Below, one piece after another: positions 36,246 through 48,708 of a DNA stretch of 64,000 nucleotides. Both the position numbers and the translations under genes were made by a program. Every line of letters begins with the position of its first letter. The first letter of the stretch is position 1. Source of the stretch: Saccostrea echinata (Eukaryota); the NCBI RefSeq assembly GCF_033153115.1, contig NW_026889801.1, positions 9,300,001 through 9,364,000 on the forward strand, in the 5' to 3' direction. The notes below the pieces were generated by a model. The model was not told where the DNA came from. It ran no database searches and saw nothing but the letters and a program-made list of their open reading frames with translations.

Positions 36246-38461
36246 TTAAATGATAGTGAAAGTCCAGATACGAGTCACAGAGACGGGATAATAATCTGCC
36301 TTAGGGAAATCGTGAATCATCATCGTAAAATTAAAGCCGTCAATTTTAACACCATCGGCGGCCATGTTGCCCTCGTTAAATATTGCATAGGAATTCTCAG
36401 ATGCAAATGCAAACTTTTCGGAAGTAGATACATAATTGAAATAATTTCTGCCAGCTTCATTATACAATCCAGAAATTTCTTTAGTCTTGCCATTTTTATT
36501 TATCAATATATCAAAGTACTTCGAATTTAGAACTTCAGTTTCTTGGCCGCAATCATGAACAGCAGCTGTGTACCGAATGGTGACTTCATCTGTATTTGAA
36601 CTAGTTACCTCAATCTTGCAACTGGATTCCATAAATTCGGTCTGTGTTCTATTTTGTAGGCTTAATTTTTTTTCTAATACGAAGGTATGGCTAGGGTATA
36701 AGAAAAGTGTGTATGTTTCTGATGCAGATGCTGACTTAATGGAGAACCAACAAGTCCCGCCATAAACTTGTAATCGCATGATGACTTCGAACTCCGAAAA
36801 GGTTCCTGAATCAGACACTAAAAAAGAAATTAATTCTAGAATCATACGATTCTTAAATTTGAGAGATGAAATACTTACCAGATTAGATGAGCCTAACTCT
36901 TTTATATTATATGGTATATCACCCAAGTTATGGCGATTCTGTACGTTATAAAATTGGGAACCTTACTTAATTATAAAAACATCTGAAATACTCTAACTAA
37001 ATTTTTGTTATTGTATAAATCATATAGGTTTTATCCAATTATGATTTTTTAAATACAGGGCTTTTCAATCCCGTTTAAACGTTAGCATTTCTATGGTCGT
37101 TCTATTGACATCTTATGCAAATGCAACCTATCGTTGCGACGGGCTCACGGCGGGTGTGACCGGTCGACAGGGATGCCTTCTCTTCCTAGGCACCAGATCC
37201 CATCTCTGGAATTCCCAGGGGCTCCGTGTTTTATACTCTATTCACAGATTTGTATTGTTTTAGGTTTTTATTTTAGATCGATTACTATACGATATCTTTA
37301 CCTATTTCATTTTGACTGACATGTTTCACACCAATTGCTAGACCATTGTTTTTATACTAATTTAGACTGTGCATTATTCTTTTTATCGCTAAATACATAG
37401 GGTTTACAGCGGGCTTGACCGGTGGACGTGGGATGTATACTCCTCCTATGCACCTAATCCCACATCTGGTGATTCCAGGGGCCCATAATTTTTGCCCCGC
37501 TTCACATTGTCTTTTATTAATTAACAATTAGGCATGTATACTAATTGGCAAATTAAAATTGTTAATTATAGTAAAACAAAACAATATGTATTGTTTCAAA
37601 AGATTTATGAGAACGATCACCGTTCGTTTTTTTTTTTTTTTTACCTTTTCTACCATACCGTCATGTGGAATGTCTTCGCTTTGTATTACTAACATGTTAT
37701 AGAATAAAACAACTGTTTACATTGTATTCCATGCGAGAGTAGTACTGGTCTAGGAGCACATAATAAACGACTAATACTGAAGAAATTTGCATCAGATCAC
37801 ATTATAGCTTCAAATGTATGCAAAGTGAGTCATTAATATATCAAAGGTGTTTTTTCTATAGAAAAAATCCCAATTACTTAATTGTTTGCAGCACGCTAGA
37901 AGCATCATTTGCACATTTGCACGGATGAGCAATACATGTTGTTGGCATTTCCATATATTGACAGCAGACTTGCAACAAGCCTCATCAGTATGATAAAACG
38001 TTTGCTTGCAAAATTGCTTCATACTTGTTGCATATTTATAACAAACAAGTAAGTTACTTAGGAAGTGATGCTTGCTAAGATTTAACCGGGTGGTGGGGAG
38101 GGGTGGGGGATCTGTCGATAATTAGAAGTTACGATATATAAAGAAGTAGTCCCGGTATTTTGGTTTAGAAAGTTAGGGGTTTTAATTTTTTTTTTTTAAA
38201 TTTGCTTAAGTATTGTTGAATATATGAATTATTATATATATTACGCGTGACGAAAAGCTATACAGATTATACAGTACCTTTCGCAAATTTCAACAACTGT
38301 AAATCGTCCTCACAGAAATCATAGACAGGACCATATACAGAATCAGAGGGACCGCGAAATCGTCCGTAGTAGGTAGAAAATTGCTGGGCCTCGTCGATTG
38401 AAACGTTCATATACAGAGGTTGTATCTTCATCTTTCCAAGGTCTCTCAACACCTTGACAGC
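36246..38461 (-). pseudogene. Orphan multi-exon gene of unknown function, 5' end not found, possibly recently pseudogenised
   Basis: Open exon 38461-38278 (CAG|..|GT), exon-like 37776-37659 (118 nt, one base off frame), last exon with a 226-aa ORF; the strong acceptor at 36983 is followed by an in-frame TAA (36965-36963). Confidence 0.5.
37141..37490 (+). repeat. Two tandem Penelope-like 3'/pseudo-LTR motifs
   Basis: GGGCTCACGGCGGGTGTGACCGGTCGACAGGGATGCC..CCTAGGCACCAGATCCCATCTCTGG at 37141 and a diverged copy at ~37400. Confidence 0.7.
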
Positions 38462-39200
38462 CTGTAATTAAGGGAATACAATAATGAATCAGCGGTTTTT
38501 TTTTGAACACGTTATTTCATTTTTTTCATTTGTGAATTTTGCTTGGGACAGAAAAGTAAAATTACAATATGTTATAATAGTGACTAATGATAGCAAAATA
38601 AAGATTGAGAATTGCAAACTTGTAAACTCAACGGATCAAACTAATATTTTATTTGGAAAACCTGATAATTAGTGTTTTATGAAGCTTGTGCAAACTGTTC
38701 ATGTCATTCAAAAGTAAGTTAAATGATTTTTTTTAAGTTTCTGAAAAAAAAAAAACAGTTTATATTTGTTATACTTAATTTGTGACCCAATCCCTGTCGT
38801 GGGGGCTACTGAATAGTCTTGTACTAGAAATCTGACATTCAATTTGATAATGTGTAGCTCTGACGTTCTTGTGAAAATTAAATAAGATTTTTTTTTTTTA
38901 AAACATTGTCTTGATGTCAGTGTAGGTCCCCAGAGGGATCCAAAGATCAGGAAGATTTATATTTAAAAAAAATTCTAAAACACTTCATTAGGACGCTTAC
39001 AAAGAAATTTCAGCCTTGAGAAAAAAATAATGACAAATTGTTGAACATACATGTATTTCTAAATTTTACTTACGAGACCCTTTTTGTGGTTTCGCCCTGG
39101 TCCTTTCGGTCATGTTTGAATACTTTGAGTTTGCACTCATTAAGAAGGATTTGCCTTAAATAATTTGGTAAATTACAACACCGTTTACAGAAGACTGTTA

Positions 39201-39500
39201 GTCGCCCGCGTGGCGCAGTGGTTAGAGCGTCGGCTCTAGAGTCGCGAAGTAAGGAGTTGATCCTTACGTCGCGGGCTCGAATCCCACTGTGGGACGTGGA
39301 GACCGGTCCTTCGGATGAGACCGTATAAACCGAGGTCCCGTGTCGCAGTGGGTGCTGGCACGAAAAAGATCCCTCACTGCTCAATGTCCGTAATTGCCGA
39401 GTATAGGACAAAATTTGCAGCTCTCCACCGGCAAATGGTGGCGTCTCCATAGGAGTGAAAAATTCTCGAGAGGGACGTTAAACATACAAACAAACAAACA
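39201..39500 (+). mobile_element. tRNA-derived SINE (Meta/MESC-type core), well preserved
   Basis: A box GTGGCGCAGTGGTTAG, B box GGCTCGAATCCC, core TAAACCGAGGTCCCGTGT..GGCACGAAAAAGATCCCTCACTGCTC, (AAAC)n tail, degenerate TSD ACAGAAGACTGTTA / ACAGAGAGGATTGTTA. Confidence 0.9.
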
Positions 39501-41439
39501 CAGAGAGGATTGTTAGATGAATGTTATTTTTCCAATATATTTCTTTAAGACCTGGGACCCTTTTTGTGGTTCCATAATGGCCTTGGGGTCATTGAATGAC
39601 TGTAAATGTAAACTACGTAAGAATGTCTTACTATTATAAATTTCACAATCTGCAGCCTCGTACAGAGTGTAGCTAATAAGCATTTCAAAAGAAACCTGTA
39701 TATTTCTACTGCTTTTAAGGAAGTTCGTTTAAAATTGGCACAGTGGTTCTATGGATGTGAAAAATATGAAAAGTTCATGAATGACGGACTCAGACCAAAA
39801 CAATAGATCACTTGTTGACATAAAAGTATTAGTAGAAACGTATTTATAGTAGAAATGTGATTATTCATATTGGCAGAATTGATTAATAGAAGTTTAAAAA
39901 AAAACTTACACAATGACTGCTTCCAATATGGAACACTGCAACATAAACAGCTACCCACGTGATGGTAATAAACATTTTCATACTTTGATTTTTAAAGTCC
40001 TTAGAGACAGTGTATTGATAGAACTGAAAGTTTCAACTGAATTCTAATATATATACAGGTGTTTGCACATAATAGAGATAATAACGATAAGGTCAGACTC
40101 ATCCATTTACCATTAATTTGAGAATTTAGGTTGAAAATGACAGACTAATGTCATTATGTCAATTTGCCATATGGCAAAGACACCTACAGGGCTCTTTTCA
40201 TAATAGGATCAGAGCTTGAAAGGAAAATTACACTACGTATGTCTTTCTGTGTTTAGAATATTAAAAATCTTTTTCTCCCAATTTTCTTCATTTAAATTAC
40301 TTTTTTTCTATATTCTTGCAGTTGTTTTGGGACAAGAAACACAAGAATTTATAACAAGAAAGGCAAAGAAGTGCATTTTGGGAGTATCCAACTTATTACA
40401 TTGAGGATACGATGCCCTCAAATCCCATCTGAGACGAAACAATGAATTATAATCCCTCAATGTAGCTTTCCTTTGCTCAGAAAATAGTAACTTAAGTCGA
40501 AAATTGTTTGCGACATCCTTTTTATATCAAAGACAAGGAAAACCCGTTCGTGTTGAGTCCATGTATTATTTATTAATGAATGAGCTTTTTCAGTTTATCA
40601 TTAACTTTCCATAATGAGAGATTGGTTCACGTCGACAAATATTCGCAAACATGGGTAAGGCACAAATCAAATTGAACATTTCCTGGCTCTCGAATTATTG
40701 TTGGTTTACAGTAGATAACAATAACAAAAAATTAAATACATGTAACTGAAAGACTGTACAAAATTATGCAAAATATTTATGAGTACAATTTTAGTGAATG
40801 ACGTCATTATACATGCTTAAATACATGTAAAACGGTCAAGAGGAGATCGTTTTCATTTAATGAAGGTAAACCTGTAATTTTATCATTGTGACCTTTTAAG
40901 AAACTTTGACCTTTCCACTATACGCATACAAATTCATTACTCTCCTGGAGAATTGAGATAAACTGCACATTTTTCTGATTTTGATCATATTTAATATCTA
41001 CTTTTGGCAATTAAATGCATGGGTCGAAAGTTCGGAGTCGTAAAATGGCTTACTAATTTAACCTCATCCACTAAACACTAACAAATAATTTGTTGTTAGA
41101 ATGTCCGTCTGTACTGAGCAGTTAAATCAACAAATACTTTCATAATTACACGAGCATAAGGTCTCTAGATGTACTCTTCCGTACCTTGGTGACTAGTGAA
41201 GAAGCAACGATAGTTATTCTGTAATTTACATACTAATTAAATAAATATACATGTATAAAAAAAAATTAGTCAAAGGAAAATTTAGCAAAAGATGCAAGAG
41301 CATGTGGCGAATGGACCTCTTATATAAATATTCCGTGTCATAAATTCATTACTAGTCTGAAATTAAATACTCTAATGAATTATAAATTCTGTTTTAAATA
41401 CATTTAACATTCCACTCCATGTAAGTGGTTTGATTTACC

Positions 41440-42690
41440 GTAACTATTCTGGATTTTAAAATTAATTCATGAAAATCCTAACAAAGAAAGACATACTGCA
41501 GAGTCAAGTAAATTTTAAACCAAGACCCTATCCTTAAGCCTCGGCAAAAGATAAACTTCAGACCTATTGTGCAAAAAAAAAAAAAAAAAAAAATTCAAGA
41601 AATCGTGTAAATCAAATGTGGATTCTTAAAAAAAATCCCTCAAAATAACTTCTAAAAAATTTAAAATTTCAAAACTTTTGAAAAATTAATAGCATCAAAA
41701 CATATGACTTGTCTACGCTTTTTACAACCATTCCTCGCGCTAAATTAAAGCGCAAGCTTTTTGACATCATAGACAAATGCTTCTTCAATATAAATGGAAC
41801 TCGTAAATTTTCGTATCTTGTAATTGCCCATCTACAAAATTACTTTGTTGAATATCATTCTAAATCTACATACACGTACTCTGAAGCTGATATTAAACAG
41901 ATGCTGGAGTTCCTTATTGACAATATCTATGTAGTTTTGGAGTAATTTTCATGGCCATTTACTGTGCTCCTTTTATTNNNNNNNNNNNNNNNNNNNNNNN
42001 NNNNNNNNNNNNNNNNNNNNNNNNNNNNNNNNNNNNNNNNNNNNNNNNNNNNNNNNNNNNNNNNNNNNNNNNNNNNNNNNNNNNNNNNNNNNNNNNNNNN
42101 NNNNNNNNNNNNNNNNNNNNNNNNNNNNNNNNNNNNNNNNNNNNNNNNNNNNNNNNNNNNNNNNNNNNNNNNNNNNNNNNNNNNNNNNNNNNNNNNNNNN
42201 NNNNNNNNNNNNNNNNNNNNNNNNNNNNNNNNNATGTAGCAATATTCCAACATAACCTGCACATGGTGTTTATGTCTCCTAACTAATTCGATAAGCAAGA
42301 GCATGCTCTGAATACGATCAATTTTTAAACCGTGGCAAGCTACTGACAAATAAGTTAATGTTACAAGGATTTCAACAAACCTATTTAAAGTAAGCTTCTT
42401 GCAAATTCTACGGTCGTTATAATGACCTTGTTTATAAATAAAACCTACCGTTTGGTCGTATTGTTTCATACCATTTTATTTATACTGAGTTTGATAACAA
42501 CGTACTCCGTCTAACTGATCAGTACATGGGGCTCACGGCGGGTGTGCTGGTGAACAGGGGATGATTAGTAACTTCTTGAAATTTGATCCCAGCTCTGATA
42601 TTTCCGGTGTCCGTGTTTTTGCCCTGTTGGCGATTCGTTTTACTTCTGGATTTATCAGATTGATCACTATTCGTTATCTTCACCTTTTAC
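41440..42690 (+). mobile_element. Decayed Penelope-like (Naiad-type) retroelement interrupted by an assembly gap
   Basis: VNQMWILK, YDLSTLFTTIPRAKLK..MLEFLIDNIYVV RT motifs; same 3' motif GGGCTCACGGCGGGTGTG at 42529. Confidence 0.8.
41978..42233. other. Assembly gap (N run)
   Basis: Run of n. Confidence 1.
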
Positions 42691-42749
42691 GTTAGAAGAG
42701 GAGGTTTGGAATAGAGGTTCCTTTTTTCAAAAAAAGGAAGAAAGAAACT

Positions 42750-44270
42750 GCTTGAACTTTACATCTCCAATTGGCCATTAGGGTGAAAATTGAAAATTTT
42801 GAACCTTACTGAACATCTCAAATCATATCCTAAAAAGATATTTGGCTACTGTGTAAAATGTAAGAGAATTTCAGGGAACAAGTTTTTTTTCGGAGCAAAA
42901 TATCGTGTTTGGTCCCCAAACGGGCCCTAGGGAGAAAGTGAAAATTTTGCAACCTTATTGCACCTGTACAGAATCCACCAATAATGCTCCAAAAGATGAT
43001 TTAATACTATAAAAATTAGGGGAAAAAACATGGAGTTTCGTAGGGAAAAATCCCGTTGATTTTGACCTCAAATTGGCCCTCAGGGTGAAAATGAATTCCA
43101 AAACCTTGCACATCCTCACCACACTATTTATCATATTCCACAAGGAAGATCGGCTACTGCATAAAATATAAAAGGAGTTTGAAGAGAAAGGTAGAACCAA
43201 ATTATATCCCGTAGAAAGTATCGGAATAACAACACTTGCAACAATGGCTGTAAAATTAAATAACACTCGTCTTTTTAGGATATTCACAGTCAACTACTTA
43301 AAGTAACATAATTTATTTGTATGTTATGATATTGCAAATATACATGTATATATATACGCGCACTTTCTAAAGAGAGTTTGGGAATAATACTTTTATCTTC
43401 TTCTTCAAACTCCTCTTATATTTTAAGCAGTAGCAAATTTGTCTTTTTAAATATCTAGTAATAGGTGATGTCTTACAGATATGCAATAAGGTTTGGAAAT
43501 ATTCATTTTCACCCTATTGATCATTTGGGGGAACTCGAAAAGCGACGTTTTCTACAAAATCTTCTTCAAACTCCTCTTACATTAAAGCAGTAGCCAATTC
43601 ATCTTGTGAAATATTATACATGGTATCCAGTAGATATGCAATAAGGGTTGGGAATTCTTATTTTCACTTTGGGGACCAATGGAGATTTATTTTTTAAAAT
43701 CTTCCGCAAACTACCTTTACATATTAAGCAGTTGTTGATTCATCTTTTGGAATATAATACAGTAGGTGGTTTCCTGCTGATGTGCACAAGGCTTTAAAAC
43801 TTTTGTTTTCATCCAGGGGGCCAAATTGAAGTCGCAAAAAGCTGCTTTGTTTCTAAAAATCTTCTTCCCCAAACTCCTCTTAAGATTTAAGCACCCGCCA
43901 CTTCAACTTCTTCTGGAATATGACAGTGGCGTGCAATGTGCAATGACGTTCAGGAATTAATTTTCATTTTCACCCTAAGGGACAATCGGGGTAAAAAAAA
44001 ACTTTTCTACAGAATCAGCTATTAGAACATGATTAGAGTGCCCTGAACATATGGAATAAGATTCCCGAATGATCTTTTCCATATAGGAGGGGTCAAATGT
44101 GGTGAGGAATACTTTTTAAAGACCAAAATTTTCCTTCCAAAGCTCTTTTTAAACAAAAATTATGCTTCATTATTTTCATTTTTTTTTTTTTTTACTTTCA
44201 GACTGGAGATGAATTTATTATATGAAATAATAACATAGGAGGCTCGCAAGGCCACGTGCTCACCTGAGCA
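42750..44270. repeat. Degenerate satellite/HINE remnants
   Basis: TCTTCTTCAAACTCCTCTTA..AAGCAGTAG..GATATGCAATAAGG units recur ~43395-43900; reversed HINE end GGCCACGTGCTCACCTGA near 44250. Confidence 0.6.
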
Positions 44271-44645
44271 TTTTACATGTATATTCAATTTGATACATGC
44301 ATATTTATGTAAATTCTGGAAAGCTTTTCAAATGATTTCTGTAAATTAAGTTGTTTCAATAGAATGAACTAGTACAAGTACTTATTAAAAACTATATTAT
44401 TAATTAATCTCTACCTGATTTCACAATTGTGATCTTTGATTTTGTCAATAAAACCGGAAGGGGGTAACCCTTTTTATTTTCATGCATGTCGTCTCTCCGC
44501 AAGATTCAGAAATTAAATCAAATTTGAGAAATCTTTCTCTTGAAGAAGATACTTTGCTCTGTTAAAATTAAGCATGCGTTTGTAATGATAAAAAAACTTT
44601 CGATGATAATCATTTATTTCTACTGTTAAGAAACAAAAGTTGGGT

Positions 44646-46550
44646 TTAGTTATACATTCCATTTACGAGATAATCAATGCGAGAGTAATGTCGGCGTTGC
44701 CAGGATTCGAACAATTTTTTGCCAAAAATAACCATTATAGCTATGATAAAAAATATTCCAAAACACAACAATGCTATCAAGCCCCCTAATACTGCAGAAG
44801 ACGGTTCCATTTGATTAATTTTGTTCTCAAGACGACCATTGGTGACATTTTTGTCTTCCTCTGAAACGAAAGTAACATCTTTATCAATAAATAAGTTACT
44901 AAATCAAATGTTATAAAAGCAAATTCTTTAACAGCGTCTGACATATGGTTCTTTAACGTATTTTACTTAGAAATTTTCTCAAAAAACTATAAAAATTGGA
45001 ACTACTGCATATAGATTTGAATTAAAAAAATATTCACCTTGTGTCATTGTTTTAAGCTCCATCGTTTTGTTTGCATTCAGGTCACTTGTTTCTGTGGAAG
45101 AATTCGTGTGATCTATTTCTGAAATATTTGTCAATATTGCCGCTTTTGTCGTTGTTGTTGTTATTTTTGTGACATTGGACGATTCAATGATATCCGGTGC
45201 TATTGTAGTGACAACAGATGATTTGTTCTGTTGTGTAGTAGATAAAGATTTGGAAGATGAGGATGGCGATGAAGATGTGGTTGTTGATGATGATGTTGAT
45301 GAAGATGACAACGACGATGAACTCAAAGGAACAAATGACTGTGTTGAAATTGGCGGAGGTTTAATTTGTGGAATTGTTGTTGAATTTACTAGGGATTCAT
45401 TGACTTGAAGTCCGGGTAGTGTTATGTTGAGAAGTTGACTTATTTCCTTGTTTGTCAATTCATCACTTGTTATATTATTTTTATCAGGTTCCATATTCTC
45501 AGCTTCATTATTAGAATTCCTTATGGTGTTGTTTGTTATAGAAGCAGACGTTGTAGTGAATGGACCTAGTGAAATGACAGATGTTGCATTCTGATCGCCA
45601 AAAGACTTTGCAGCTGACACGGAAGCTTTGGCAGTTGTTGTTTTGAGCTTTGTACCAATTGTTGTCTTGTTTGTTGTGGTCTCCAAAACTGACGTCGACG
45701 AAACCATGATAGTTTTTGTTGTATTTGGAGGTGGTGGAGCTGGAGTTGTTGCTGTCCGTGTTGTTGTTGCTGACGGTTTTGTTGCATTTTTAGTTATTAT
45801 AACAGGAGGAACGTCAGTTATCAACGGCGCCTTCGTCGGTGTCCCTGTTCCCTTTACTAATTGAGTAGTGCTTTTAACAGTTGTTGAATTCTTCGGTGTA
45901 GTTCTTGTCGTTAGAGTTGATGCGGAATTTGTTAGTTTTCCTGGAGTGCTGGATTCAGATGGTGGTGCATTTGTGGTCGACTTTGTCCCATCTTTCATTG
46001 GTCCATCATGGTTTTTATCAACAATAAAAGTCACCATACCATCTTTATTTTCAAAAACACACTCGAGTTCTGACGTACACTCAAGAAGAAAACAGTTTAC
46101 TTTGGACTGGTTGTCTTCAGTGTCAAAAATCCCCACAGAACATTTTACTGGAAAAAAAAATAAGGATGAGTGTAATTAAGACTATAATATTAACTTATGC
46201 AGTAATAAGATATTTGAATGTTTAGTATAAATAATCAATGAAAAAAAGTTCATTTGCTCTATTTAATGCAAATAATGAAAAAAAAAAAAAAAGAATGATT
46301 CATGCGTATTTTATGTATTTTTTTTTTCGTTCTTTATTAATTTCTCACCTGTCTGACAACAAGCTTGTTGGCATTCCTCTTTGCTGCTGACTTGAGCCTC
46401 TGATAGATATCTGGGGTTGTGGTCATTCTTCAGATTATTAACGTTCACCCACTGATTGTCCAACGTATCTATGACGTCACAATGGTCAGCACGCACTGGG
46501 CGGACAGTGAGGGAAAGCACAATGGCCGTTATGACACTTCTAAGTGCCAT
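44646..46550 (-). CDS. MANSC-domain mucin-like type I membrane protein (MANSC1/C11orf24-like)
   Basis: Exons 46550-46349, 46147-45038, 44860-44646 join in frame. Signal peptide, Cys pattern C..ECQQACCQTVKCSV..NCFLLEC..C, Thr/Ser-rich stalk, TM VLGGLIALLCFGIFFIIAIMVIFG, tail ESWQRRHYSRIDYLVNGMYN*. Confidence 0.9.
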
Positions 46551-47944
46551 ATTTGAAAAGATGTTGACATTCGAGTAGCATCAATTCCTAGTCCATCGAA
46601 GTACACTTTTAAACAAAAAATATAATATCAAACGCCGTGTCCACTTTTGATTTCTTTTCCCTTCATATATTAATAAAACAACATGGCACGCGATAAAAAT
46701 ATGAGCAAGATTTACTGCATCTTAAACAAAGGCAACAGAGACGTAAGGAAGACATACACAAACTTTATTATGCAGGTAATTTTGTTTTTCATTCAATGAT
46801 AGCATATGTGCGCAAAATCATAGGAAGATTTTGATTGATGTTTATTTTGTCTCCACACAAAATTAAAGGCGACAAAAGATTCTATACAGAGATTGCGGAT
46901 TCGGCCCAGCTGTCTCATGGTATGCATAAGAAATCGATTATTTGTGCAAGATATACACGAGAGGTACTAAGGTAAGGTAAAAAGAAAAAAAAGGAAAAGA
47001 TAAAGAGAAGTTAAGACTTTAATTTGAAAGATAGATAGCATTGCAAAGAATAATTTTTTTAAAAAAATAATTTTATTATTTATTTACTAATATTTATTGT
47101 TTAAGATAGATAGTTCTGATAGGATGGCAAAATATAGTTTATTATAAATCCAACGTAGCAAAATCCCAATAGGTCAATCTTTACACCCTTGCTTCCCTTG
47201 AGTTTTTTTTCCATGGTGATACGCAGTTTCCCACGCCACCCCACCAACCCAACCCCCCCCCCCCCCAATCCCCGGAAACTTCCATCTGAAGAAAGCTAGG
47301 CGAGCTAAAATTGAGTCGATCAGCTATAGAGGAACAGCAGGGTAGACCAACAACAATGTGTTGTGGAGTGACATTGAACTCCCTCTTATCTTGTTGTTAA
47401 TTCTTAAAATTTATTTTAAAAATTCGGGTTAATTTACTTTTTTAAAAAAGAAATAAAAAAAAACTTTAAAACTCTTACCCTAGTTATATCGTCTTCTTCA
47501 AAACATGGGGTTATTGACAAAAACTTGTAACGAGACACGATCAATATGTGTATATGTAATGCACCATCGAATGTCAATCCCCCAGCTGTTACCAAGATTA
47601 AATAAGAGGCTGGAAACAGTCATATCCCAGTACATCAGGACTGTATTATATGCAATGCACAAATCTTTTCAAAACTGCATGGAACATGCATTAAATAAGT
47701 CACGGACACTTATTCATCTTAAAGTAAACATTCAAATTTTAAATGATCAGTACATTCAGGCCCGTATAAATCAAATCATTTTTTTCTTTAAAGGGGGAGG
47801 GCCAAAATCAAACAGAAATTCCTTTTTTTTTAAAGAAAGATCGTCGTGCAGACCTTATTATTAAGGGGTACGTACAAACGTAGATTAGTAATTTTATATG
47901 CCCCCACCCCCACGCGGGCCTGAAATTACACAAAAAACATGAAT

Positions 47945-48708
47945 CATGCGTGGATCTAGAGGGGACCTAACCCCCCATCCTCACTTCCTATATGCAGGAA
48001 AGCGCCCTCTTTTACATATTTTTCGCATTGTAATGCAAAACTTTGAAACTTTCCTCGAATAGGCGCGAAACTTTCGCCAATAAAAGGGTAACTTTTGCGA
48101 TATAATGCAAAACTTTTGTGAATAATCACGAAACTTTCTCCAATAAACGCAGAACTTTCACTATTATAAACGCGTATCTTTGCAAATCAACGCGAAACTT
48201 TCTTGAATAAACATGAAACTTTTGCGTTATAGTGCGAGACTTTCGCAAGTTATAAGTTACTTCAAACAGAAACTCATAAGAACAATGAATGAATTTAGAT
48301 GATGACTTTTCTGCATTAAATGCGCTTTAACATCGCTCTCAGAGGTTGCTTATTCAATATAATGCTTTAATTTAATGTTACATTGTTCTGTCCCTAGATG
48401 TTTAAAAGAATAAAGCTGAAATAAACTGTAAATGGATAAATTGAAATGAATATAAGTATTATTAATTTTTATAAAACCATATAAAATCCTGGAGTCTGAT
48501 ACCCAGGATAAAAAAAAAATCAAGGATTTCACATTTTCAGTAAGGATCCATTGTTACAATTTGCTTAAAAGTACAAAAGTACAAAATTTGATGAAAGTTA
48601 AATTATAATGGCTTTCTTACAAAAAATAGTCAGATTTTTTTCTTTTTTCGTAGGTGTGGAGTTCCTGTGGACACCCCCACCCGGAAAAATTTCAGTGATC
48701 TGCGCTTG
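47945..48708. mobile_element. Degenerate MITE / subrepeat-rich element
   Basis: CATGCGTGGATC ... GATCTGCGCTTG imperfect TIR; repeated CGCGAAACTTTCGC-like units 48030-48250; no TSD found. Confidence 0.5.

Noticed and set aside
39201-39295. Genuine tRNA gene
   Set aside because: Acceptor stem does not pair and the sequence runs into a SINE core and simple-repeat tail.
41440-42470. Selenocysteine-recoded retroelement ORF, as reported for some clam Naiads
   Set aside because: Copies are decayed by frameshifts and mixed stop codons; no SECIS identifiable; ORFs spanning the N gap are artefacts.
45169-46179. Val/Asp-rich + strand ORFs and a Gln-rich alternate frame
   Set aside because: Shadows of the Thr/Ser mucin exon.
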